Below are positions 37,674 to 51,800 of a stretch of 64,000 nt of DNA, one piece after another. Made by a program: the position numbers and the translations under genes. The stretch is from Albugo candida (lineage: Eukaryota). Numbering within the stretch: position 1 is the first letter of the stretch; every line of letters starts with the position of its first letter. The stretch lies in the NCBI GenBank assembly GCA_040437565.1, contig JBDOQK010000005.1, positions 124,001-188,000 on the forward strand, read 5' to 3'. The notes under the pieces are model-generated. The model ran no database searches, was not told the origin of the DNA, and was given only the letters and a program-made list of their open reading frames with translations.

Positions 37674-38996
37674 ATGGCAACGGAGGCTGAACATCAAGGT
37701 ACAATGTAGCTCTGTTTCTCCTTCCTAATGCAGGAAGTGACCTATTACGAAAGCTTTTATGGATATTTGGGTGGAGCTGAAAAATGAGGTGCTGGAGAAC
37801 ATGTTACAAAGACACGGAATGCCGATCGACGCGAAGAAATGGGTCCAAGACTTCATTGAGTATAATTGCGCCGGAGGCAAACTCAATCGAGGTCTCAGCC
37901 TCCTTCAATGGTACACTGTCCAATATGAAATGTGGGTTCATGTGCTGACAACGTGATAAGCTCTCAGATTTTATTCGGGACACAAATGACCACCGAAGTG
38001 TGTCGTAAAGTCTGTATTCTAGGTTGGTGTATCGAGTGGCTTCAGGCTTCTTGCCTCGTAATCGACGACATTATGGATCAATCAGCTGTTCGTCGTGGAC
38101 GCCCATGTTGGTACAGACATTCCAAGGTGATGACTGTAGTTGTAAAGTCATTTTTATCGCTTTTGAAAGTGACCCGGTTGGTTCCGACTAGGTGAAAATG
38201 ATTGCCATTAATGACTCCTTTCTACTGGTGAGCATAGTATTCCAGCTCATTCGGAATCATTTTCACGGTGAAGATTATTATGCTGATTTGATCGATCTAT
38301 TCCGTGATGTAAGTGACTCAAGAAATATACTCATTTTATCTTTGAAGTTCATCTCGATCGTAGGTGATTGAGAGGACGGAACTTGGACAGCTTCTGGATG
38401 CAACATGTCAACCACACAATGAAAAACCCGATTTGAGTCGCTTTACAATGGATAGGTGATTGTCCTGTTGCTCTAGCCGCATCCACAAGTGTTTCTAACG
38501 CACATGAGATAGGTACAAGAAAATTGTGACATACAAGACCGCATTCTACACATTCTATATGCCTGTGGCGTGTGCGATGCTTCTACGCGGCCTCAATGAT
38601 AGAGAGCTTCATCAAATTGCACGAACTTATTGCATTGAAATCGGTATATACTTTCAGATACAAGACGATTTTCTCGACTGTTACGGCGATCCAGCGATCA
38701 TCGGGAAAACTGGCACAGATATACAGGAGAACAAGTGTACATGGCTTGTCGTTCAAGCATGCATGCGTTTAAATCACGAGCAAAAAGTACGTCTAAGAGA
38801 CAACTATGGGCGCTCTGATCCAAGCTCGATAGAGAGGATCAAAAACTTATACAACGAGGTGAAGCTTCCTTCAGTGTACGAAGAATACGAGCAAAGTGCT
38901 TACCAATCAATTTATCAAAGGATAGCTGAGACGGATAAATTGCCAGCCCAAATGTTTATATTTCTCCTGCAAAGAATCTATAAACGGGACAAATAA
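37674..38996 (+). CDS. FPS: Farnesyl-diphosphate-synthase-family trans-prenyltransferase, 6 exons
   Basis: Motifs are GGKLNRG, GWCIEWLQA, FARM DDIMD, RRGRPCWY, AINDS, GQLLD, YKTAFYTFYMP, SARM FQIQDDFLD, GKTGTDIQENKCTWL and the C-terminal IYKRDK. Five GT-AG introns keep the frame. Confidence 0.93.
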
Positions 38997-39918
38997 GACT
39001 CCCTTATAAAAGAAAGTTTGCGATGTTGATTAGTCGTACCAATAGGTAGATGATTGTTTGAACTTCGCGTACCGAATCTCACCAACAAAATAAGGAACGT
39101 ATTGATGGTCCGATTGCACGACTGCTTGATATGTTCTTCACAGTGTGAATCCATATGTAGAAATTCGAGCAGCGCTTCTTTGCAATATACTACTGCATCA
39201 GCATTCATATTCACGAGAATTGCATCGTAATAGCCAGCATTGAGCATGCATCAGGAGTAAGATCTAAAATTCAAATGGCAAACTCGGGCTATCGGCTCGT
39301 GAAGAATACTTCTCATCAGTGGGAAGTGAAGGCAACTTCATGTGTGCGACTGGTACTGTAAGTGCACAAGGCACCGACGTGCCCAACGACAGTAGCATCC
39401 AAGAGACATAGAAGATTTCTACAGAACGAGATATTCCAATTGGGTTTTCATTTATGTATGCCCTTTTGCGTTAGACGAGCATCGCAGTGGCGGGAGATTG
39501 TCCATTTCCTAGACTCAATCGTTACATTGTATCTGACTCATGAATGAGCCAACTGGACTTAGTAGGACGATTTGAAGGTGCTATTCACTCATGAAAACGG
39601 TAGATTCCTATTTGAAAACGCTTTAGAGCTGTCTTCTATGCAGACCATGTCGGAGTTTTGCTTGATGTTGGTGTAACTTCGTGTTGACTTGAACAAGCCA
39701 AGCAGTGGATAATGCTGACGATCGATACAGAGTTGCAACGGTAAAGATTTAAAGATATAATTTGTACAATTTACCGACATTCAGGGTACCCTGGGAGCGA
39801 TCACACCACTACAGTCACNNNNNNNNNNNNNNNNNNNNNNNNNNNNNNNNNNNNNNNNNNNNNNNNNNNNNNNNNNNNNNNNNNNNNNNNNNNNNNNNNN
39901 NNNNNNNNNNNNNNNNNN

Positions 39919-41756
39919 CACAAATGACCACCGAAGTGTGTCGTAAAGTCTGTATTCTAGGTTGGTGTATCGAGTGGCTTCAGGCTTCTTGCCTCGTAAT
40001 CGACGACATTATGGATCAATCAGCTGTTCGTCGTGGACGCCCATGTTGGTACAGACATTCCAAGGTGATGACTGTAGTTGTAAAGTCATTTTTATCGCTT
40101 TTGAAAGTGACCCGGTTGGTTCCGACTAGGTGAAAATGATTGCCATTAATGACTCCTTTCTACTGGTGAGCATAGTATTCCAGCTCATTCGGAATCATTT
40201 TCACGGTGAAGATTATTATGCTGATTTGATCGATCTATTCCGTGATGTAAGTGACTCAAGAAATATACTCATTTTATCTTTGAAGTTCATCTCGATCGTA
40301 GGTGATTGAGAGGACGGAACTTGGACAGCTTCTGGATGCAACATGTCAACCACACAATGAAAAACCCGATTTGAGTCGCTTTACAATGGATAGGTGATTG
40401 TCCTGTTGCTCTAGCCGCATCCACAAGTGTTTCTAACGCACATGAGATAGGTACAAGAAAATTGTGACATACAAGACCGCATTCTACACATTCTATATGC
40501 CTGTGGCGTGTGCGATGCTTCTACGCGGCCTCAATGATAGAGAGCTTCATCAAATTGCACGAACTTATTGCATTGAAATCGGTATATACTTTCAGATACA
40601 AGACGATTTTCTCGACTGTTACGGCGATCCAGCGATCATCGGGAAAACTGGCACAGATATACAGGAGAACAAGTGTACATGGCTTGTCGTTCAAGCATGC
40701 ATGCGTTTAAATCACGAGCAAAAAGTACGTCTAAGAGACAACTATGGGCGCTCTGATCCAAGCTCGATAGAGAGGATCAAAAACTTATACAACGAGGTGA
40801 AGCTTCCTTCAGTGTACGAAGAATACGAGCAAAGTGCTTACCAATCAATTTATCAAAGGATAGCTGAGACGGATAAATTGCCAGCCCAAATGTTTATATT
40901 TCTCCTGCAAAGAATCTATAAACGGGACAAATAAGACTCCCTTATAAAAGAAAGTTTGCGATGTTGATTAGTCGTACCAATAGGTAGATGATTGTTTGAA
41001 CTTCGCGTACCGAATCTCACCAACAAAATAAGGAACGTATTGATGGTCCGATTGCACGACTGCTTGATATGTTCTTCACAGTGTGAATCCATATGTAGAA
41101 ATTCGAGCAGCGCTTCTTTGCAATATACTACTGCATCAGCATTCATATTCACGAGAATTGCATCGTAATAGCCAGCATTGAGCATGCATCAGGAGTAAGA
41201 TCTAAAATTCAAATGGCAAACTCGGGCTATCGGCTCGTGAAGAATACTTCTCATCAGTGGGAAGTGAAGGCAACTTCATGTGTGCGACTGGTACTGTAAG
41301 TGCACAAGGCACCGACGTGCCCAACGACAGTAGCATCCAAGAGACATAGAAGATTTCTACAGAACGAGATATTCCAATTGGGTTTTCATTTATGTATGCC
41401 CTTTTGCGTTAGACGAGCATCGCAGTGGCGGGAGATTGTCCATTTCCTAGACTCAATCGTTACATTGTATCTGACTCATGAATGAGCCAACTGGACTTAG
41501 TAGGACGATTTGAAGGTGCTATTCACTCATGAAAACGGTAGATTCCTATTTGAAAACGCTTTAGAGCTGTCTTCTATGCAGACCATGTCGGAGTTTTGCT
41601 TGATGTTGGTGTAACTTCGTGTTGACTTGAACAAGCCAAGCAGTGGATAATGCTGACGATCGATACAGAGTTGCAACGGTAAAGATTTAAAGATATAATT
41701 TGTACAATTTACCGACATTCAGGGTACCCTGGGAGCGATCACACCACTACAGTCAC
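39919..41756 (+). repeat. Apparently identical 1838-bp duplicate of 37981-39818 (5'-truncated FPS copy); probable assembly artefact
   Basis: The copy starts immediately after the 100-N gap (39819-39918) at a constant offset of 1938. ORF-track translations of the two copies are identical. Confidence 0.85.
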
Positions 41757-42388
41757 TGCTTCGTGACTGAGGAAGGTCTATTTATTTTATCTTGTCGGCA
41801 CTTTACAGTTGAGACCGTCAGCAGCCGACTGAATTTTGTCCGAAGAGCATTCTATATATCTGAATCTTTCAATGATTCATTGAGATAAGGCCATGGACCA
41901 GGCAAAGCACAGCACGCCTACCCAGTGTTCAGTATAAAAAAACATGCGTCAGCATAGTCAGAGCCTTTCGTTTCGGCCAAGATGTGAGAACATATACCAC
42001 TATCGGCGAAGCTTCATGTTTACCAATGACCTCTATACTTCAAAGACTTCCAGCTGCAGCAAGCACAGTCGTGATTTGGTAGTAATGGAGTCGTCGTGAA
42101 TCATCATAGCGGCATACACCGTAAAGCTTGTATTTGTGTTATCGCATTACCGAGATCACGCACGCTGGCAAACGACACGTAATGTAAATCTGTTGGCAGA
42201 ATCTTTGTTGAACCTCGTAATTCTTTGTATTGAATTGACTCGAAATGTTGCCCATGTAGCTATAAGGCATTGGTGCCTGACGTGTTTTAGCTGCATTAGA
42301 ATACACTTTCTGATAACGCGTTTTTAATCTGATTCTTACTGATCTGATCTTACTTCCCAATCAGGAAACAGCAAGTCGATAGTTTATC

Positions 42389-43175
42389 ATGGGCTTGCTG
42401 AGCATTCTGCGAAAAGTGAAACAGAGAGAAAAAGAATTTCGCATTTTAATGCTGTTTGTATTGAAGCAGCTACCTTGCCATCGTCTTCAAACTGAAAATT
42501 GTACCTCTTTCGTAGAGGTCTTGATAACGCTGGCAAGACAACAATCGTGAAAATGTTTATGGGATCCGATGTGACCGAGATCAGTCCGACACTTGGCTTC
42601 GACATTGAGACATTTGAATACCAATCGTACGCGCGCGTTTGACTTGTGTCTCTAATCAGTAGATGTGATCTCTTGTGAATAGATATCACTTAAACATTTG
42701 GGATGTCGGTGGCCAACAATCTATACGATCGTACTGGAGAAATTACTTCGAACAAGTAGAAATAAGGCTCTACGTGCGGGTGTATGATTCTCAATTATAT
42801 TATATAGACAGATGGTCTAGTGTGGGTAATCGATAGTGCTGATCGCAGCAGATTGGAAGACTGCAAACGTGAACTTTTCAGTTTGCTCACTCAAGAAGTA
42901 TGCTCAATGCTTACTGTCAGGATTTAGTTCTTATCGATTCTAATGTTTACCAGAAACTAGCAGGGGCATCGATACTTATATTTGCAAACAAACAAGATCT
43001 CCCTGGAGCCTTACCAGTCACGTCAATCGCAGAGATATTGCAGCTGGATGACGCACAATTCTCAAATCGACACTGGAAGATTGTATCATGCAGCGCAATA
43101 AGCGGTGATGGATTAGCAGAAGGGATTGATTGGCTGGTGCAAGACATTGCTAGTCGTATATTTCTCATGGATTGA
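42389..43175 (+). CDS. ARL2: ADP-ribosylation factor-like GTPase 2, 5 exons
   Basis: The spliced translation reads [105 protein letters not shown], which is the ARL2 signature. Confidence 0.95.
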
Positions 43176-46100
43176 AAATGAATGAAATTAATCAAAAGTA
43201 GAAGACGTCCAAGTCTATTCATATATATATCGAAGATGCATGGCATTACGATTCTTTTATCGTGTAAGAAGCAAAAGTGCTGTGACTGCACCGCCAAATG
43301 GAGTACACCACGTGACTGCTCCACATTTAGATTCCGAGTTGGTATGCGTTGTCCCGGTTATTGAAAACCATCATCTTATTACACTGTATTGCGGTGGATG
43401 ATTCCTGAGTATTGTACCACGGCCTGGAAAACGTTTTTGTTCGCGAACAAATTGCATTCAACTCCAGTGTCTAATTCAAATTGGCGTGACACTATGACAG
43501 CGCCAGTGAATGATGCAAGAGACACTCAATCAACCTCCAAGTATAAGTAGAAGCCATAGATCAAAAGCTTTGCCTTTTGCAATCGCCATTTTGTTTGGTA
43601 CTACCGATACGACTACATCTCGGTATTCGAAAAAAGGCTTAACCGCACTTTGCTGCTGTATGATCTTATCGCTGGCAGATATGAACTGGTAGCGTTCCAA
43701 GTATGCATACTACCTGCAGAAACACAATTCTGACAACGTCATTCAAATCAAGCTGGCCACTCAATCAAGTGTACTTTTGAACAAATCCCGCATTTATCTC
43801 CTAGTTGCCCGTTGGCATAGTCTTTGCAGCACTCCTCTTACTTTATCGGGACCTGCAAGCTGCCATGCAAAAGTGACCATTTAGCTTGCGATTAAAGTAG
43901 GCTACAGAACATGCTGGTCGCGTTATCGTGATTTCCTCCGCGATACCTGTGCAGAGTGAAGTTCTAGCTGTGGTCCGATGTGTCAAATCATATGAATGAT
44001 GTTGTCATACCTTATTCGGCAATCTTTAATATTGCTAAATGATTGTTCTTCGTGTTCTGCGTGCAAATCACCACACAGCAGCGAAGTTGAGATGAATTGC
44101 GAGGATAGAATGAATCATATTTATTGATCATATGGAAGGTACAATCTATAAATGCTGGAACGATACTTGGGCATTCATTGAGACCTCTGTGAGATCTTAA
44201 GAAGCACGCATGCTCAAGATATAATTCACTTTATACATATCCTGGATCTCGCCCAGATGAGTTGCCAATCTGGTTCCAAACGCTTATCAACATTGGGTCA
44301 GCCATGGTACAATGATCTACCTGATGCAATATTTTGTTTCACCATGCCCTGAATATGAGGAAAGGTAATTTTGCGCTTCGCTTCTTTTTTTCTCACCGGC
44401 AGCCGGATCTTACGTCAATGGCACATCACTCGTGTGGCTCGATTAATATAAAAGCATTGTATCATAGCAGTTGGTCTGTTTTAATTTCACGCAGAAAAAA
44501 GACAGGACACAAGGGATCTTTTCACCCCAAAATGATTAATAAATCCAGCGGGTACTGCAGTTTCAGGGAGGAAGAGAGGAGTATGAAAACTATGAATACG
44601 GTGCAGTCTTGCGACTATTCAAATTAGTCGAAAGATTCCAATCAGTCTACCAACTCTTTCTTCACCGGCGACAAACCAGCCATACGGCTTTCGATGGGGG
44701 TTATTCGGCTTGATAAATGCATCTGGTGTGCATGCATTATATTCTTCTGCATCGTACCTAGTTGACCAACCTGACTATATTCCACTTTCGCGCTGATTCT
44801 CAATCCAATTTCGTCCACTGGTTGCAGCACTACGTCACTTCAACAAGCGGAGAGTCCATCATCACTATCATGTGTCCCATGTATCAAATCGATATGCGCA
44901 ATTCTTGTTCAAGATTGCAGCGTTAAACAATACACGTAAAAGGATCTATCAAGATTGACAGATATGCCATTTTAAACAAAATCCTGACTGGAACTTTCAA
45001 TTGCGACTATCCAAATTGGACTCAAGAAGCTAAAGATACACGAATGATATCTCGAGCACTTGTACGTGAAATCCTAGTGCTGATACTAGTCATTGCAAGG
45101 TGTAAGTAGAATTAGAAATCAATTCTTTAACCGGAAAGACTTGATGAGACTATGTAATACAACGCATGCTCCAATCGTGGGATCCACCTGTGGACCCACC
45201 CTCGCGACGATCGATTCTATTATAATGGAAATTTGAATGAATTGAGACAGTTTATATTATCATAGCTGACTGACGACCACTCAGAACCATGCTTGACAAT
45301 CCAAGACTGCATATTCTAGGCAGGAAACTTCACAATGAATAATGACACAAGCAAGCACGCGTTTCGTACATCCGGTATAGTTAAGCGATCTGCACAGTTC
45401 AAAATAGCGATACGTTCAGAAGGATCGTTTATGTTCAAAATATTCTTGCATTGCGCTGACGTAGCCTAACAGTCGACGAAGTCATCACCAAGCGCACATC
45501 TGATAGTTATTTTAGAGGCACTCTGGTAAGGTGGGAAAAGATCTGGTTTATCAAAAAGGGCAAATTACTGCACGCAAACCAAGGAAAATCTCTTATATGG
45601 GCATTGATGCTATCCAGACGCATAGAAAAGAAATCTCTCGCTCAATCGCACTGCTTGCGATACAAGTTTGAAGTACAAGACCGAATTTGAGCAAGTTTTG
45701 CCAATGGTTGCTCTTCCACCATGTCATGCACCAGCAGCGCTCATGGTGTGAATTGTTGAACTATTCTGCATAAAAAGACCACCGTGGTGATGGTGTATGG
45801 GTCGCTTCATCCTCATAGCAAGATGTTCATACAAAGTTCCTGCCATCTGTACAATGCATCNNNNNNNNNNNNNNNNNNNNNNNNNNNNNNNNNNNNNNNN
45901 NNNNNNNNNNNNNNNNNNNNNNNNNNNNNNNNNNNNNNNNNNNNNNNNNNNNNNNNNNNNACCATGTCATGCACCAGCAGCGCTCATGGTGTGAATTGTT
46001 GAACTATTCTGCATAAAAAGACCACCGTGGTGATGGTGTATGGGTCGCTTCATCCTCATAGCAAGATGTTCATACAAAGTTCCTGCCATCTGTACAATGC

Positions 46101-46974
46101 ATCATCTAGCCGTCCATTTGTATGTCGATCCACTCCGTTATTGGTAGAGGATTCTCGTTTTGTGTGCGCTTGTTATTGAGAAATAGTTTGCGGTCTGAAA
46201 AACCACTGCCTTGTCGATTCTACGTACATATATGCTCAACTAGTACAACTTGGACTATCATAAATGCCGATACTTCTGTAGCAAACTTTTGTCGTCCTAA
46301 ACAAAGATGAACGGAATCCAAGCAATTACCTAAGACTCGGAATTAGTCTCCTAAACATCTGCATATCCTTTGCGCGATATTTGAGCCTTACAGCCTAGTT
46401 AAATGAGCTTCATATTTAATGCGCCTGGTAGATTCCGTCGCGAAGGGAAAGTATCGAAAGATTTTGTCCAGCATTGATGGGAGAAAAAGCGCAATAAAAT
46501 GTATGCAAGCAACCGCATGAGGGGTTCTCTTGTGAATTTTCACAATCATCGTCGTATATCGTCTATCTTGTTTAGGGTGACACATAATGCACCTTGACGA
46601 GCGGAAGAAGCTTATATGAAGATTATTGAGTTGATGCATTAACATTGAACATAAGAGATACCAACCATATACGGCAATGCATGGGAATTACAAGTAAGGC
46701 TAACTTGACAATGCTAGCACATGAACATAATGCAAAACCCAAAGCGCATCACCTTGCTGTCGTCCTGCTTTCTTGCAATGAGCTAGTTTGAATCCTTATT
46801 ACCAGCTTGCCGTTGACCTTTGACTCAACGACCAAGAGGTATGCCCGGTAAGTTTTATTAATTCAAAATTGTGGTATGGAAACGGCTGTAAAATAGTAGG
46901 ATGGATGTCGTAGTTAACTTCGGTATGTTATTGATGACTTGTATTGAAAAATGTTGAGGCTCCAGCGCTCAATC

Positions 46975-47307
46975 TCACTCATCCTGAAGTAACGTTGGCT
47001 GACAATTCCGATATAAAGCGCTCGCGTGGCATTCTTCGGTATTGGCAGTATTGAAGTAGATAAGTCCGTAAACGGAAATATAAGAGGACATTCCATCACG
47101 AGTATGCAGTCTAATTCGCGATGCTCTAATTTGAAAGCCTGCTTGTGGGCCGCATAACATCCTAGTCCGGTATACTTGTATTAATCTGGGCACTGATGAT
47201 TGCACCAAAATAGCGACGATCGGTTGAATGCAAACTCTCGTATCTCCTTGTGGTAGTTCCATTTTATTGCCTTCTCGTTCTTTGTACAATACGCTCCACT
47301 TGCACAC
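46975..47307 (-). mobile_element. Possible decayed Ty1/copia reverse transcriptase remnant
   Basis: Three degenerate motifs occur in the correct order: MELPQG (cf. YMEQPEG), LCGPQAG (cf. LYGLKQAG) and ISVYG (cf. VYVDD). Confidence 0.35.
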
Positions 47308-48828
47308 TGCCTACATGGTAGAACACAGATGTATTTATGCCCAAAATGCGGTAGCGAATTGGCAAGGTAAGTGTATGTGTACTCTAACGAATGAAGTTAG
47401 AAATCATTAATATTCAAAGAAATGCAGCACCAAGAAGCGACGATCCTAGTTCATGGAGCAAAATATAGCTTTCATAATCCAGGACCGGGTGTCCCATACG
47501 TGGGGTCCTTTGACAGGACGTAGTATCGAAAAAAGGCTGGGAATATAATGATTCAACCTTGCGGTAGAAGCGTAGACTGTGAAGGGACTTGTGATACACG
47601 AGCTGGAAATTCATATTCATCAGAAGCTATTACTTTTGTAATGCTCTTATCCTTTGTGCACAAAAAGACATGCAACTGGTAGATATAGACCGTAAATCTC
47701 GGCTTCTATGAGCAGGCTACTACCTCACGCTGTTGTAATTCAATCATTGTAGAGCAATAATATGTATATAAATTGGCGCAGCCATCGAGAACATGACCAT
47801 GAATTTGTTGCATTGGGAGAAAATGAAATGAAAAATGAGAAGCATAAGACTACTCCGAATGTGTGTCTTATCTTATAAACCTTGAATCAACTGCATATAT
47901 CTAGAAATACCAAGATGGAGTTTAAGTTCTTGCATGCGTTTTTAGTCTCCATCTATACTGTTCATGAAGAGAATATTTTGCAGAAATATCCTACAAGCCA
48001 GAAATACTGGCTATTACTAACCTGGCCATCCCAACAAGCATTACAATGAAGTTGGCAGCCTTGCCTCAAATAATTTGCCTACGACGTAAAATCCGATCGT
48101 CTGATCACTGAGAATATTTTGGAAGTTGGGTCCTGCCACGAGTCAACAGTTGATCAAATACATTGTCATGCAATGCGCTGGAAAAGTTCAGCTTTATGTG
48201 ATATATTGCGCATATTTCAGTCTGATACGATAATTTAGGGGTTTGATTCCACAGCTACCAACGCTTCAGCTACACATCTTAGTCACGCACATCTCCTCGA
48301 GACTCACTATATTGGATGGTGAATAGAGTGATACATGGCTAGAATTTTTGGATATGTATGCTCCTCATAGCTATATTGACCAGCAAGGAGAAGCGCCAAA
48401 ACGACTCCCCAGCATGATCGCAATATTGTACGGTGAGACTGAAAGGAATACAGGCCTGTATATAGTGCTTCCGGCCCGGCAACCTTTCTGCGGCCGTCAT
48501 CTCTAAGGTAGCCAATGTTGCGTATGGAATGTAAAGTGCTTTTGCTATGCTATCTCCGATTTTGCAGTGCTTTTTCGTATGCATTCTTCAAATCATCACA
48601 GTAGACTTTCATTCCCGCGCAACTTCTCCATGTTTGATATGCATGTTTTTGCCAAGAACTACCTAGTAAATAGATGTCGCAGATTTGACACAAAGAAATT
48701 CAGATAAATTTGCTGCGTATCAGTATCCCAACTGTGTAGTATAGTGCTGTAAGAGGTGTGATCATTGCTATACTGCTTCACAAGTGGCATCAATTTCAGC
48801 ACGCAACATTGCGGATTATTTATCTCTC

Positions 48829-51800
48829 CTATTGTTCTTCAGAACTATTTTCAAGATCAAGTAAATGATATAGCTCAAGCCTTCCTTCTCGTACTGCTGA
48901 TATCTGATATCCATTTGAATGTTAATGTAAATGCACTTCAATCTCAAAAACACGAGCTCAAGTACCTGCAGATCCCATCTAATCTCACTCAAAAGCTCCA
49001 TCGCTCGGTCAGACTGGCAGCAACGGTTAGTACAGCTCTCGGAATATGTGAGCACAAATGTTCACCTTGGCTTTGTCGACATTCAAGATGTCACTTTGGA
49101 TTAATACTTTTGCATAAAATTGTTCCGCAGTGTATTGTCGTATTTTCGGATACCGATGACCGAGAAATGTCACCAGCGAGTGCATGGCCTTGATTTCTAC
49201 TGGTCTTTCGCTCGGGAGTAAACCCAGGAGGACGTTTATTCCAGCAACTAATTTTGCATGTGAAGAGGTTTTTTTCAGGTTCTGTTGTATCGCTTTATAC
49301 AAACGATCTCCGAATGTGGAGACATCATCCGCACAAGCTCGCTTTGTCGACGTCATTTCTTCTGGGTGATTCAGAAAAAGCGCAGGATGAGCGATGTTGC
49401 TCGCGAGTATGATAGCGAGGGATTTCAGCAGTGCCACGATCACGCGATCTTCGCTGTAATGTTTTTGGAAGAGTGACAGCAAATGAAAACAAAAGCGGTT
49501 GATAATATCGTACTCCTTTGCTTTCACGTGTCGCTCGATCCACTCAAATAACGCTGATCTGGCAGCTTTGACTACGTTGTCTGTCAGTCCACCAACGCTG
49601 ATGATAAGTCCTGAAGCGACAGATTCGACATAGTTTGGTGAGTCCATCATCTGCACGACAAGTGGGAAAGTGTCATGTGCCATTGACCAATTTACCGACA
49701 AACTCTCAGGGAAAATCACATCTTGCAGCAGTAGTCGGTCTGGAATGCCACTAATTCGACTTTCCGATGCATGCAGCAGTGAGAAGAGTGTCGTTCCTGC
49801 CGCTGCGCGGACTCCATCAAGTTTTTCTGCGAATTGTTTTGCGATGGCATTGATCTACTGATAACAATGAATATGCGAAATGTTTGTGGATGCAAAATTC
49901 ACGTACAGTCTTAAGGGTCAAGTGCGGAGAAATTGTCATGGCTGATTGCTTTGCAACAATGTCCGATGGTGACATTTCACTTGTAGCGCCTTTTGAATGA
50001 GCTGTGCAAAGCTTCTTCTGTGATTTCTCCAAAGTTCGGTCAAAAGCAGACAGCTGAATGTCTTCGTTGCGTATGACACCAACTCCATTAGGTGGGAAGT
50101 AGTAAAATCCTGGTTGCGGGGTGGAGAACTGAACATGATACACTGCTGAATACACGAATGTACTATCGCAAGGGGTGTCGTCTTCTTCATTAGGAATGGC
50201 CACAACTCGCACCACTCTTCCATGGCCCATACCGTTGACAGACGCGAACGAGCCGATCACAGTTCCGCTTCTCAACACGTCGTATGTGTCTGTCGAGAGC
50301 AAAATATCTCGCAATCCTTGCATTGCCGCAATTCGAACCCACGACCCGACATCGCCACGTTCATCCACAGCGTAGTCATTCTCGACACACCCGATTAATG
50401 TCTCGATGATTTTGCTCGCATCACCTGCACTTAATTCAAGTTGGTAAATCCCTTTCCGACAGAAAATCTCGACCATTGCTGTGACGGCAGCCACACGCCC
50501 ATCTGCGTCCAAATCCTCGTCAGATTGAACGGACAAATCCGCAGCACGAACCAAAATTTCTACACAGCGGCTGACAATTGGCTGCAGCAAATCTGTCGGA
50601 GATGCTCCAATTGCTCGTATGTATCCTCGCCGTTTGGCGACATTCGGAGATAGAATTGTTTTCATTTCATTTGCGGTGATATTTTGTTCAGTATTTTGCA
50701 CACATTGTAACACTCCGTTGTCCAAAAATCTCGGAAGTAGGCGCTGGATATAGTCAACATGTTCCTTCTGTCCTTCTTGGATTACTCGAGATACGCAATT
50801 CATGCTGAAGCTGCGGTAAGCAGCGAGTGCAGCCGTCGAGACCGAGCTCGATGGATGCGTAAAACATTCTTCCAGAATGGATAGATACTGCTTCATCTGC
50901 ACAAAAGTGAAACTGAAGTGGGCTGTTGCCATTGCTCTTATCAAATTACATAAAGCTGCACGGATAAATTCTCCACCACGATCTCGAAAAAGTCGTCTTT
51001 CCTCAACATGAATGACGACTTGTTTCAACGTCTTCTGTAATTCGCCATCAATGAAGGAAGGGATCTGTGTTAGACAATAGACCATTTCAGAAATCGCAAG
51101 GATAGAACCGTGACGAGTGATCACTTCTTCTTTCGGAGAAATACTGCGTTGACATAAATTTGGAATGAGATGGTGCAATGCAAATGCAGGATCTAATGCC
51201 GTGATTCTCCCCATAGCTATAGCTGAAAGCTTCCGGATTTTGACATCCCAATGCGATAATTTGTAATTTGCTAAATGATCTAAAAATGCGTAGCGATATG
51301 CTGGAGACTCGGCAATGAAATAACCGACCGAACAGTACGCGTGGCGGATATTTGAAACAGCAAAATAATCGGCACGGGTCAGAATATCGATACCTTTTGG
51401 AAAGTTTGCATGACCTTGGCGCCCAATGCATTCCTGGAATGCAGCTGACGCAGCCCTACGACAATTGACTTCACGATCAAAAACACAATTGATAAGCATG
51501 GCAGAGGCAAGGATCTCCTTGATATAGGGCAGGAAAAGAGCTGGCTCGTAAGCACGGGCAAAACACCAGCAAGTATAGCAAGCTGCATCTCGTACATGAG
51601 CACCTATGCTGTGTGCGCCTCTTCGAACATCGTAACGCAATGCTTTTTCTGTACACTCAACTGCTTGCGGTAAGCGCTGTGGAAGCAGGAGACCGCGTCG
51701 AGCAAGTTCTGCCAAAGCAAGGCTTCCACCATGCCAAGCACCATCATTTTCGCTTGGATTAAATAATTCCAGCACTGAAACCACAATATCGTCGGCGTAG

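Noticed and set aside
39919-40934. Tandem FPS gene duplication
   Set aside because: The second copy looks identical, begins exactly at a gap edge, and matches the pattern at five other gaps. An assembly overlap is more parsimonious.
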